A program made the position numbers and the translations under genes. This document shows, piece after piece, positions 53,306-61,685 of a stretch of DNA of 64,000 nucleotides. The DNA is from Acidimicrobiales bacterium (GTDB taxonomy: Bacteria > Actinomycetota > Acidimicrobiia > Acidimicrobiales > Aldehydirespiratoraceae), in the NCBI GenBank assembly GCA_963667505.2, contig OY763490.2:3245773-3309772 (forward strand), in the 5' to 3' direction. The notes beneath the pieces are model-generated. The model was not told the DNA's origin and did no database searches. It saw only the letters and a program-made list of their open reading frames with translations. Numbering within the stretch: position 1 is the stretch's first letter; the number at the start of each line of letters is the position of its first letter.

Positions 53306-54561
53306 AGGCAGGGGCTGGAGGAGGCGAGAGACTCGCGGTCGTATCGGGCCACCCGCTTGTAGCGGTCCGACAGCGCGGCCATCTCGTCGGCGGTGATCAC
53401 GTCGTCGATCCGCTCGAAGGGCCGGTCGCCGGTGCGCTCGTGGACCTCCTTGAGGATCACGTCGGGGGGCGCGCTGCGGCTGGCGTGCACCACCGCCGAT
53501 GTGGCTTCCAGCCGCTGGTCCTCGTAGGCCTGGAGCGCCTCGGGCACCGACTCCGACGACTGCAGGCAGTCGGCCAAGGCCCGGGCGTCGAGGATGGCCT
53601 GGCCCGCACCGTTGGAGCCGCGAGGGTACATGGGGTGGGCGGCGTCGCCCAGCAGGGTGGCCCGGCCGTGAGTCCATCTCGGCAGCGGGTCGCGGTCCAC
53701 CATCGGATACTCCAGGATCTGCTCGGAGTCCCGGATCAGCCCGGCCACGTCGAGCCAGTCGAAGGTCCAGTCGGCGAAGACGCCGTGGAAGTCCTCCAAG
53801 CGGCCGACGCGGTTCCAGTCCTGCTCGTTGAACTGGTCGGTCTGCACCTCCGCCACCCAGTTCACGAGCTGGCGGCCCTCGCCGTCCACATCGTGGCGGA
53901 TCGGGTAGATCACCATCTTTCCGACTGTCAGCCAGCCCGCCCGCAAGTAGGTGGATCCGCTCAGGAACGGCGCCCAGACGGTGGTTCCCCTCCACATGTT
54001 CACGCCCGAGTACACGGGAGGGCCCTCGTCGGGAAAGAACTGCCGGCGCACGACGGAGTGGATTCCGTCGCAACCGATCACCGCGACGCCCTTGCCTTCT
54101 TGCAGGGAGCGTCCGGTGGCGGCATCGACGAACCGGGCGGTGGCGCTGTCAGCGTCGGAGTCCACCCCGATGCAGCGATGGCCGGTCAGGACCCGGCCCG
54201 CGCCGTCGTCGACCCGGTCGAGGTAGGCGCGATAGAGGACCTGTTGCAGGTCGCCCCGGTGGATCTGAAACTGGGGCCAGTCGTAGCCCGCGTAGCGGCC
54301 CACCGGCTCGGAGTACACGAACTGCCCGAACCGGTTGAAGAAGCACGACTCCCTGGTGGTGACGGCCGCCTCGGCCAGGGCGTCGGTCAGTCCGAGCAGG
54401 CCCAGCTCCTTGCTGGCGTGGGGCAGCAGGCTGATGCCCACCCCGATGGGCTCGATCCGGGGCGCGGCCTCGTAGACGCGGGCGACGATGCCCCGCTCAT
54501 GGAGCATCAGGGCCAGCGTCAGGCCACCGATGCCGCCTCCGACGATGATCACATCGTCCAT
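53302..54561 (-). CDS. FAD-dependent (group A aromatic-hydroxylase-like) monooxygenase
   Basis: MDDVIIVGGGIGGLTLA, DGIHSVVR, LLGDAAHPMYPRGSNGAGQAILDA. Confidence 0.8.
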   Translation of the reverse strand: MDDVIIVGGGIGGLTLALMLHERGIVARVYEAAPRIEPIGVGISLLPHASKELGLLGLTDALAEAAVTTRESCFFNRFGQFVYSEPVGRYAGYDWPQFQIHRGDLQQVLYRAYLDRVDDGAGRVLTGHRCIGVDSDADSATARFVDAATGRSLQEGKGVAVIGCDGIHSVVRRQFFPDEGPPVYSGVNMWRGTTVWAPFLSGSTYLRAGWLTVGKMVIYPIRHDVDGEGRQLVNWVAEVQTDQFNEQDWNRVGRLEDFHGVFADWTFDWLDVAGLIRDSEQILEYPMVDRDPLPRWTHGRATLLGDAAHPMYPRGSNGAGQAILDARALADCLQSSESVPEALQAYEDQRLEATSAVVHASRSAPPDVILKEVHERTGDRPFERIDDVITADEMAALSDRYKRVARYDRESLASSSPCL

Positions 54562-54612
54562 GGCGGGGCGGTGCCTGAGGTCCGGTGCCCGCGGCCCGGC
54601 GGCGGCGCCTCC

Positions 54613-55956
54613 TCAGGCCGAGTCGGCCAGGTAGGACTCCAGCGAGTCGTCGAGGGCGTCCTCCCACCGGGTGTGGTGGATGGGCGCCACCGTGCCCGTC
54701 AGCGGCGACGTGTGCCCGTGGTCGCGGTAGCCGATGATCGACTGCTTCTTGTGCTTCTTCCAGTCGTAGAACATCTTGTTGACCAGTGGCGTGTTGAAGT
54801 CCGGGTAGTCGGTCTGGTCCACCAGGTCCTGGGTGTAGTCGCCCTGGAAGTCGATGCAGGCGTAGTCGTCGGCCAGCGCGTCCTCCGCGGCCTGGGCCTC
54901 CGCGATCCAGCGGGCCTGCTCGTCGGCGCCGGGCAGGTCGATACGGCCCATGATCACGTCGCGGGCGTACCAGGCTTGCGCGTCGAACATGTTGAACGTG
55001 TACCACTGGTCCTGCATCCCCAGGTACATGATCCGGTTCTCGGGCTGGAACACCACGCCGCGGTACAGCATCGAGGTGGCCAGCCGGTTGGCGGTCACCA
55101 GCCGCAGCTCGTCGTCCATGAACGGGAAGTGGTGCAGGTAGCCGGTGCACGACACGATGGCGTCCACCTCGGCGGTCGAGCCGTCGGCGAAGTGCACTGT
55201 CCGGCCCTCCACCCGGGTCAGGATGGGCCGCTCGGTGATGCCCTCGGGCCAGTCGAAGCCCATGGGGCCGCTGCGCGACGAGCAGACCACCGAGCGGGCC
55301 CCGTACTTCCAGAGCTGCGAGGCGACGTCCTCGGCCGAGTAGCTGGCTCCGATCACCAGCACGTCGCGGTCGGCGAACTGCACCGCGTCGCGGAAGTCGT
55401 GGGCGTGCATGAGCGTGCCCCCGAAGGTCTCATAGCCGGGGTAGTGGGGCATGTTGGGGACCGAGAAGTGCCCGGTGGACACCACCACATAGTCGAAGTC
55501 CTCGCTGATGTCGGCGTCGTCGGCCTGGTCGTGGGCGGTCACGGTGAAGCCGTCGCCTTGGGCGGAGCGGCTCACTCGGCGCACCGGATGGTTGAAGCGG
55601 ATCTGGTCGCGGAAGCCGCTGCGGTCGGCCCGGCCCACGATGTAGTCGTAGAGCACCTCGCGGGGCGGGAACGACGCGATCGGCCTGCCGAAGTGCTCCT
55701 CGAAGCCGTAGTCGGCGAACTCGAGGCACTCCTTGGGGCCGTTGGACCACAGGTAGCGGTACATGCTGGCGTGGCAGGGCTCCCCGTGCTCGTCGAGCCC
55801 GGTGCGCCAGCTGTAGTTCCAGAGCCCGCCCCAGTCCTCCTGCTTCTCGAAACAGACGACGGTGGGCGCGGCGTCACCCGCGGCGGTGTCGCTGGCGAAG
55901 GCGTGGAGTTGCGACAGCCCGCACGGCCCGGCTCCGATGACAGCCACTCGTGTCAT
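54613..55956 (-). CDS. tmm: flavin-containing monooxygenase, probable trimethylamine monooxygenase
   Basis: 447 aa. Motifs VIGAGPCG, EKQEDWGGLWNYSWRTGLDEHGEPCHASMYRYLWSNGPKECLEF, FMO motif FGGTLMHAHDFRD, and NADPH site VIGASYSAED. From memory this closely matches bacterial Tmm. Adjacent to the tdm-like gene. Confidence 0.8.
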   Translation of the reverse strand: MTRVAVIGAGPCGLSQLHAFASDTAAGDAAPTVVCFEKQEDWGGLWNYSWRTGLDEHGEPCHASMYRYLWSNGPKECLEFADYGFEEHFGRPIASFPPREVLYDYIVGRADRSGFRDQIRFNHPVRRVSRSAQGDGFTVTAHDQADDADISEDFDYVVVSTGHFSVPNMPHYPGYETFGGTLMHAHDFRDAVQFADRDVLVIGASYSAEDVASQLWKYGARSVVCSSRSGPMGFDWPEGITERPILTRVEGRTVHFADGSTAEVDAIVSCTGYLHHFPFMDDELRLVTANRLATSMLYRGVVFQPENRIMYLGMQDQWYTFNMFDAQAWYARDVIMGRIDLPGADEQARWIAEAQAAEDALADDYACIDFQGDYTQDLVDQTDYPDFNTPLVNKMFYDWKKHKKQSIIGYRDHGHTSPLTGTVAPIHHTRWEDALDDSLESYLADSA

Positions 55957-56085
55957 ATCCGAATCTCCCCTGTGGTTGGACGCGCCGGTAGTGGCATCAA
56001 AAGCTAGCGCAGCCCGTCGGTGCTGTGTGGAGACGGGTGGCGGCGCGTGACAGGCGACTCGTCGAGAGGCGCTCCGCCGATGCGG

Positions 56086-58476
56086 TCAGGCGAGACCGCG
56101 GACGCGGGTCTTGTCGGGATCGTAGAACGGGTAGCGGACCACCTCGGCTTCGATGCGCTTCTCGTGACCGTCGAGCTTGCCGACCTCCACGGCTGTGCCG
56201 ATCTCGGTGTACTCCACCGCCATGCGGCACAGGGCGATGTTCTTGCGCAGGATCGGCGAGATGGTGGCGCTGGTGACCACGCCCACCTGGTTGCGCCCCG
56301 CGTACACGCCGTCGCCGTGGGCGGCGGGCTCGCCTCCGCCCAGTTCCAGGCCGACCAGGCGGCGCTGCGGGTTGTCGCGGCGCTTGGTGAGCGCCTCGCG
56401 GCCGATGAAGTCGTCGTCGTTGGTCTTGAGAGCGACCGTGAAGCCGATGCCGGCCTCGTACGGGTCGGTCTGGTCGCAGAACTCGTGGCCCGCGAAGATC
56501 AGCCCCGCCTCGATCCGCAGGATGTCCAGCGCGGCCAGGCCCATGGGCACGAGGCCGTGGTCGGCGCCTGCCTGGAAGACTGCATCCCACACCGCGGGGG
56601 CGTCGGAGGGATGGCAGAACACCTCGTAGCCGAGCTCGCCGGTGTAGCCGGTGCGAGACACCACCAGCGGGATGCCGTCGTGGTCGCCGATACGGGCGAT
56701 GGCGAACCGGAACCACCCCATCTCCGCGATGGTGGGCTGGTCGGGGCGGGTCCAGGTGGCCTGCTCGAGGATGCGACGGCTGTTGGGCCCCTGCACCTGC
56801 AGGTTGTGGAGCTGCTCGGTGGAACTGCGGACCCAGGCCTGCAGTCCCAGGCGCTGGGCCTGCTCGCGCAGCCAAACTCCGCTGTATCCGAGCTGCCCGC
56901 CGATCCAGCGGAAGTTCTCGCGGCCCAGCCGGAACACGGTGCCGTCGTCGATCATGCCGCCCGTCGGGTGGCACATGGCGGTGTAGACCACCTGGCCGTC
57001 GGCGAGGCGGCGTATGTTGCGGGTGACGCAGGTCTGCATCAGCAGCTCGGCGTCGGGGCCGGTGACCTCGTACTTGCGCAGCGGGGAGAGGTCGATGGCC
57101 GCGGCGGCCTGCCGACAGGCCCAGTACTCGGCGACCGGGCCGTGGGCGGTGTAGGAGTCGGCCAGCCAGTAGCCGCAGTACTCGCTGAAGCTGCGGGTCA
57201 GCGCGGAGGTGCGGGGATGGAAGCCGGTCTCGGAGGTGAGCTGTGCCTCGGAGTCTGCGGTCATGCGGATGGCCGTCGCTTTCTTGAACCGGTTGGCGGC
57301 TGGGTACACCCGCACCGCGATGTCGGTCGGGTTCCAGGCGTTGGCCGCGTCGATGTCGTCGGGGCAGGCGGTGGTGACGCAAACCAGGTCCTCGAGGGCT
57401 CGCAGCAGCACGTAGTCGCCGGGGCGGGACCAGGGCTCGTCCAGGTAGATCTGGTTGGCGTCGTCGAGGTTGGTGTTGTAGAAGAAGTTGATGGCCTCCC
57501 AGCCCCGGCGGCGGGCCACGCCGTAGGGATCGAGGGCGTCGTTGATGTTTTCGGTGCAGTTGACGTGGCCGGGGTAGCCCATCTCCTCGTAGTAGCGGGC
57601 GTTGCAGGCGGTGTTGAAGGTGTCGTGACGGCCGACGGTGTCCTGGACCACCTCCACCAGCGGCTGCATCCTGGCGTTGAAGAACTTCGAGTACAGGCCG
57701 GGCGCGGGACAGCTCGCCCCCATGAGGGTGCGGGTGATGGTGGCGTCGAGGCTCAGCTCGACGCCACCGTCTAGGTCGGCCGCCGCGAAGCACTGGAAGT
57801 CCGAGCACTGCCGCCCCTCAACGTCCACCACCTGGAACCAGTCGCCCTTGGCCACCTCGTATGCCGCCGCGGTGCAGCGACCGACGATGAAGTCCTGGCT
57901 GGGGTCGGTCAGCGGCGCCGGCAGCAGAGGCTCGACTTCGGCAGCGGGGTTGCTTCGGTGGACGTAGGCGACCAGGTCGGTGGGCGGCACGCCGCCGTGG
58001 GCCGACATGGGCTCGCCGGGCGCGGCGACCGCGCAGGCCACGTCGGCGTGGGCCACCACTCGGGCGGTGACGCCCGGCGGGGTGTCGCCGCTCAGGACCC
58101 GCAGCGGCGTCGCGGCCCGCACCGCGGCCAGGTCGATGCCGGCCCGCGCCAGTCCGGCCCGCACCCGGCGGGCGTCCGCCAGCGGCGCGGACAGGATCCC
58201 CAGCGCGGCCGGCTTGTCGTCGCCCGATGCCCGCCCGCGGTGGCCGTCGCCGTCGACGACGCTGAGCAGGCCTGGGTCGGATCGGCCCGCCGTGTCGAAG
58301 GTGACCAGTTCACAGCCCTGCCGCCCCTCGGGATCGACGACCTCTAGTTCGTCTCCGGCGTCGAGGGCCACCACGGTGGCGCCGCCACCGGTCACCCGGT
58401 AGCGCTCCACCCCCGGCCCGAGCAGCATCAGCCCCGGCACCACCATCCGGGACTGCTCAGGCGAGATCGTTGTCAT
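56086..58476 (-). CDS. tdm: DUF1989 plus GcvT (aminomethyltransferase-fold) fusion, probable trimethylamine-N-oxide demethylase
   Basis: 796 aa from MTTISPEQ. N-terminal half is DUF1989-like (WFQVVDVEGRQCSDFQCF...CPDDIDAANAWN). C-terminal half is GcvT-like (IDLSPLRKYEVTGPDA...VSRTGYTGELGYEV). The 130 Arg-rich residues upstream in the tracked ORF were discarded. Confidence 0.8.
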   Translation of the reverse strand: MTTISPEQSRMVVPGLMLLGPGVERYRVTGGGATVVALDAGDELEVVDPEGRQGCELVTFDTAGRSDPGLLSVVDGDGHRGRASGDDKPAALGILSAPLADARRVRAGLARAGIDLAAVRAATPLRVLSGDTPPGVTARVVAHADVACAVAAPGEPMSAHGGVPPTDLVAYVHRSNPAAEVEPLLPAPLTDPSQDFIVGRCTAAAYEVAKGDWFQVVDVEGRQCSDFQCFAAADLDGGVELSLDATITRTLMGASCPAPGLYSKFFNARMQPLVEVVQDTVGRHDTFNTACNARYYEEMGYPGHVNCTENINDALDPYGVARRRGWEAINFFYNTNLDDANQIYLDEPWSRPGDYVLLRALEDLVCVTTACPDDIDAANAWNPTDIAVRVYPAANRFKKATAIRMTADSEAQLTSETGFHPRTSALTRSFSEYCGYWLADSYTAHGPVAEYWACRQAAAAIDLSPLRKYEVTGPDAELLMQTCVTRNIRRLADGQVVYTAMCHPTGGMIDDGTVFRLGRENFRWIGGQLGYSGVWLREQAQRLGLQAWVRSSTEQLHNLQVQGPNSRRILEQATWTRPDQPTIAEMGWFRFAIARIGDHDGIPLVVSRTGYTGELGYEVFCHPSDAPAVWDAVFQAGADHGLVPMGLAALDILRIEAGLIFAGHEFCDQTDPYEAGIGFTVALKTNDDDFIGREALTKRRDNPQRRLVGLELGGGEPAAHGDGVYAGRNQVGVVTSATISPILRKNIALCRMAVEYTEIGTAVEVGKLDGHEKRIEAEVVRYPFYDPDKTRVRGLA

Positions 58477-58481
58477 CGCGG

Positions 58482-58898
58482 TCAGCGGCGGCGGCCTAGG
58501 GGTCCTGACAGGCCTCGGCCGCTTGGGCGATCGCCGTCGGTGCCGTCTCCAGGGGCGGCGACGTTGGCGAACATGTCCCAGACCAGCAGTACGGCAGCCA
58601 CGACGGATGCCGCGGCCGCGATCCAGAGACCGGCGGCCGGGTCGGTCTTGTCGTCGAACACGGCTCGCAGCGCGGTGGCGGCCGCGAACCCGGCGCCGAT
58701 CCAGGCCGGCCGCCAGCCCACCTGCACCAGCCCGACGGTCACCAGGCCCGCCACCAGGACGAGCTGGCCCTCGTTGGTCTCGACGCCCTGCACCGACTTG
58801 GTCGCGCTGCCTGATGCGGCCGTGTGCCAAGGCAGGAACATCGCCGCGGCCGCGCCGGCCATGCACACTTGGGCGACCCGTCTGCGGATGCTCCTCAC
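58482..58898 (-). CDS. hypothetical integral membrane protein (126-138 aa)
   Basis: 3-4 hydrophobic segments. GTG at 58898 or ATG at 58862. The stop lies 5 nt before the tdm ATG. Confidence 0.5.
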   Translation of the reverse strand: MRSIRRRVAQVCMAGAAAAMFLPWHTAASGSATKSVQGVETNEGQLVLVAGLVTVGLVQVGWRPAWIGAGFAAATALRAVFDDKTDPAAGLWIAAAASVVAAVLLVWDMFANVAAPGDGTDGDRPSGRGLSGPLGRRR

Positions 58899-58922
58899 GG
58901 CGTCAGGGTCGGGGGTTCAGGC

Positions 58923-58968
58923 GCGGACGGGCGCCGCATCGCCATGTGACGACGCGGCGCCCGTCCGC
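58923..58968 (-). terminator. strong GC stem-loop (candidate intrinsic terminator, attenuator or processing site)
   Basis: Perfect 15-bp inverted repeat: GCGGACGGGCGCCGC (58923-58937) and GCGGCGCCCGTCCGC (58954-58968), with a 16-nt loop. Lies 22 nt after the stop of the 42-aa ORF. No U-tract. Confidence 0.45.
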
Positions 58969-58990
58969 ATTGAATGGGGTGAGTCAGCCG

Positions 58991-59119
58991 TCAGCCAACG
59001 GCCTGGATGCAGATGAGCGTGAAGACGATGCAGGCCAGGCCGAAGATGACGATGGCCATCTCGATGCCCTTGTCGTGGCCCTGCTTGCCCTTGAGCTCGA
59101 AGTGCTTGCGGTTGGCCAT
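58991..59119 (-). CDS. 42-aa single-pass membrane micro-protein (MANRKHFELKGKQGHDKGIEMAIVIFGLACIVFTLICIQAVG)
   Basis: Hand-translated; below the ORF-track cut-off. The ATG lies 1 nt after the upstream stop, with GGAGGA 6 nt upstream. Basic N-terminus plus one TM. Confidence 0.5.
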   Translation of the reverse strand: MANRKHFELKGKQGHDKGIEMAIVIFGLACIVFTLICIQAVG

Positions 59120-59120
59120 G

Positions 59121-59345
59121 TCAGTCCTCCGAGTTGTACTTGTCGGCGAGACGGTCGGCCGCGTCGTTGAGGAGCTTGTCCTCGCGGGCGGTGATCATCA
59201 CAGCCATGATCACTGAGACGGCTATGGCGATGATCGCCAGGACCACCGAGGCCGTGTTGCCGCCGGGCCCCCAGGTGAAGTACCCGGTAGTGCCGTCGGC
59301 CGCTTCCAAGGCGGCCTCCCAGCTGTCGTATGGGAAGGTGTTCAT
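59121..59345 (-). CDS. 74-aa single-pass membrane protein
   Basis: ORF-track entry. Central TM segment VVLAIIAIAVSVIMAVMI. AGGAGGA before the ATG. GC3-rich codons. Confidence 0.55.
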   Translation of the reverse strand: MNTFPYDSWEAALEAADGTTGYFTWGPGGNTASVVLAIIAIAVSVIMAVMITAREDKLLNDAADRLADKYNSED

Positions 59346-59503
59346 TCAGTCCTCCTGTTGGGTGAACTAGATCGGTCGTTGCGTCTGTCGTGATGTTGCG
59401 CCTCTTGCTGTGCCCGCCTGCGCTTGCCCCAGTACCCGGCGGCGGCGACCACCGCGTACATGAGGGCTATGGCGAGGACTAGCTGCAGCCATGAGGCGGA
59501 CAC
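59342..59503 (-). CDS. 53-aa single-pass membrane protein (GTG start assumed)
   Basis: In-frame tail of ORF 59342..59593, beginning 4 nt after the amt stop. TM segment WLQLVLAIALMYAVVAAAGYW, then a basic tail. Its TGA overlaps the next ATG (ATGA). No clear SD. Confidence 0.35.
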   Translation of the reverse strand: MSASWLQLVLAIALMYAVVAAAGYWGKRRRAQQEAQHHDRRNDRSSSPNRRTE

Positions 59504-59507
59504 CCGG

Positions 59508-60896
59508 CTAGCGGCTATTGCTGTAGTCGGACTGCAGCACGCCCGCAGAGACCACTTCAGTTCCGTCGGGCTGGATGATCGTCTCGTCGGCACGGCCGTG
59601 CTCCGGGAAGAAGTCCATCCCGTACTCGGCCATGTCGAGGCCCTCGATCTCGACCTCGGGCGGCACCCTCAGCAGGTTGAGCTTCTTGAGGATCCACGAG
59701 GCGATGTAGCCAGTGAAGAACGCCAGCGGTATGAGCGCGGCAGCCCCCACGAGCTGGCCCAGGAAGCTGGTCTCCACGCCGGCCGGACCGGTCGGGTACC
59801 CGGCTGCGAAGATGCCGACGCATATCACCCCGAAGAAGCCCATCACGCCGTGGACGGTCACCGCGCCGACGGCATCGTCGATGCGGGCCCTCGTGTCGAA
59901 CCAGTTGCCCACGTGGTAGGCGATCCCGGCCGAGAAGAAGGCGAGGATCAGGACCAGGTTCGGGCTGTAGATGTCGGCGCCCGCCGAGACGGTCACGACG
60001 CCTGCCAGGCCCCCGGAGATGGTCCAGAACGGATCGCCCCGAGAGAAGAGGTAGCCGCCGGCGAAGCCGCCCGCGAAGCCCATGGTGATGGTGTAGGTGA
60101 TGGCCGACAGAGTGGCCGGGTTGAAGTAGATGTTCGCCCAGCCCGGAGTGGTGTCGGCCGTAATGGCCAGGCACGCCGCGTAGAACGCGTAGAACGCCGA
60201 GAAGATGATCATCAGCCCCATCAGCGTCATGTGGACGTTGTGGGGTTTGAACGTTCGGGCGTTGCCGTCGGCGTCGTACCTCCCGATTCTCGGGCCGAGG
60301 TTGAACAGCACCCCCAAGGCGAAGATGCCCGAGATGCCGTGGACCACGCCGGAGGCGGCGAAGTCGTGGTAGCCGAAGTGGACGGTCAGCCAGCCGCCGT
60401 AGCTCCATCCCCAAGCCGCGGCCACGACCCAGACCAGGCCGCCCATCAGGGCGGTCAGCCACAGGTAGGCCGAGATGCGGATGCGCTCCAGGACTGCGCC
60501 GGACATGATCGATCCGGTCGTCCACGAGAACAGCACGAAGGCCGCCCAGAAGACGCCGGTGATGTTGTCGCCGAGGTTCGGTCCCGCGGAGCCGTCCCAC
60601 GGCAGGCCGTAGCCGTCGCCGCAGAAGTACAGCCCCTCAAGTCCTGCGGGGCTGGCGCCGTCGGCTGAGACCGTGAACTTCAGTCCCTCCTGCATGCAGA
60701 AGTACACGTACCAGCCGAAGTAGTAGAACGTCGGTGTCACGACGGCTATTGTCATGATGTTCTTCATTGCCGTGGACATGATGTTCTTGCGTCGTGATAC
60801 ACCGGCTTCATATGTCATGAAGCCCACATGCAAGAACCACATGAGAGCGACAGTGAAGAAGTAGTAAGCCTCGGTGAACACAATAGAAGTGTCCAT
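59508..60896 (-). CDS. amt: ammonium transporter (Amt/MEP family)
   Basis: About 462 aa from MDTSIVFTEAYYFF with about 11 TM. Family stretches DFAASGVVHGISG, AVTVHGVMGFFGVI. Confidence 0.85.
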   Translation of the reverse strand: MDTSIVFTEAYYFFTVALMWFLHVGFMTYEAGVSRRKNIMSTAMKNIMTIAVVTPTFYYFGWYVYFCMQEGLKFTVSADGASPAGLEGLYFCGDGYGLPWDGSAGPNLGDNITGVFWAAFVLFSWTTGSIMSGAVLERIRISAYLWLTALMGGLVWVVAAAWGWSYGGWLTVHFGYHDFAASGVVHGISGIFALGVLFNLGPRIGRYDADGNARTFKPHNVHMTLMGLMIIFSAFYAFYAACLAITADTTPGWANIYFNPATLSAITYTITMGFAGGFAGGYLFSRGDPFWTISGGLAGVVTVSAGADIYSPNLVLILAFFSAGIAYHVGNWFDTRARIDDAVGAVTVHGVMGFFGVICVGIFAAGYPTGPAGVETSFLGQLVGAAALIPLAFFTGYIASWILKKLNLLRVPPEVEIEGLDMAEYGMDFFPEHGRADETIIQPDGTEVVSAGVLQSDYSNSR

Positions 60897-61041
60897 CGAC
60901 TCACCCCCAATTCTTCTGGTCTGTCCCCGGCCGGCTGGCCGGGCCACCGCTCACGATAGCACACCGATGCAATCCGCCCCGAATCAGGCAAGGACGGACG
61001 CTGTTTGCGGCCTGGCCGGTGGTGCGTGCGGCGGGTGGGCC

Positions 61042-61464
61042 TCAGTCGTCGCCGGGCTCGTCCACGTTGATCTGTTCGAGCTCGCCCGATCCGGCGTTCA
61101 CCCACACCGCGGCGCGGTGCAGGAAGTCTTCGGGGCCGCCGTCGGGCTCGCGCACGGTGAACACCACCACCCACATCGACTCGGGCGGGAAGCCCTGTCG
61201 CAGTACCTGCGCCTCGGTGTGCTCGGGGGCGAACGCCCCGGGGTGGGCGGCCAGCGCGGCGCGGGCGGTGGCCTGGGCCTCCTGTTCGGAGATGTCGACT
61301 CCCTGGCAGCTGCGGGTGAAGAAGAGCACGGCCAGCAGGACCCCGACGGCGATCAGCAGCACGGTGCGTCCCTGTAGTCGGCCCAGCCGCGAGAGAAAGC
61401 TGTTCGACCGCGCGCCGGCCGGCTCGGGATCGTGCGGCTCGGGCGCGGAGGGCAGGTCAGTCAT
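61042..61464 (-). CDS. hypothetical membrane-anchored protein
   Basis: Start taken at MTDLPS (61464). One TM (TVLLIAVGVLLAVLFF) followed by a soluble domain of about 95 aa. Overlaps the upstream gene by 8 nt. Confidence 0.5.
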   Translation of the reverse strand: MTDLPSAPEPHDPEPAGARSNSFLSRLGRLQGRTVLLIAVGVLLAVLFFTRSCQGVDISEQEAQATARAALAAHPGAFAPEHTEAQVLRQGFPPESMWVVVFTVREPDGGPEDFLHRAAVWVNAGSGELEQINVDEPGDD

Positions 61465-61681
61465 CTCGGGGCGGGCGGACCAGGAAGCGCAACACGATGT
61501 ATCCCACCACATGGGTGATGGCCACGAAGCTGATCCACCACAACGCGACCGTGAGTCGGTACTGCCGTTCCCGGCACTCCCACCAGGTGAGCCCCACCGC
61601 GCCGGCCAGCAGGATCCACAGCAGCAGGCTGTTGCCGGGGTTGCTGTCGCTCAGCCAGCCCAGCACGATCAGCAGGCCCAC
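61457..61681 (-). CDS. hypothetical small membrane protein (74 aa, 2-3 TM, Trp-rich)
   Basis: ORF-track entry. Starts 4 nt after the regulator stop. Confidence 0.45.
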   Translation of the reverse strand: MGLLIVLGWLSDSNPGNSLLLWILLAGAVGLTWWECRERQYRLTVALWWISFVAITHVVGYIVLRFLVRPPRDD

Positions 61682-61685
61682 AGCA

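Noticed and set aside
53170-56007. 945-aa plus-strand ORF spanning the FAD monooxygenase and tmm regions
   Set aside because: It runs antisense to two genes with clear family motifs. Its translation is low-complexity and rich in Gly/Arg/Val/Ala/His, as expected for stop-poor antisense frames in GC-rich DNA. No recognisable domain.
56086-58866. N-terminal 130 aa of the 926-aa ORF containing tdm, and similar N-terminal extensions of ORFs at 3589-4737, 14756-16072, 34978-36537, 36207-38528, 42761-44587, 45668-46609 and 49612-50655
   Set aside because: The extensions are Arg/Pro-rich and overlap upstream genes. They are replaced by internal starts that have SD sequences or ATGA/GTGA coupling and give family-typical protein lengths.
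60897-61041. GlnR-type box or terminator upstream of amt (hairpin CCCGGCC-ggct-GGCCGGG at 60926-60943; CTCAC-n6-ACACC at about 60949-60964)
   Set aside because: The hairpin stem is only 7 bp with no U-tract, and it lies about 100 nt past the upstream stop. The putative box does not match the GTnAC-n6-GaAAC consensus closely enough to call.
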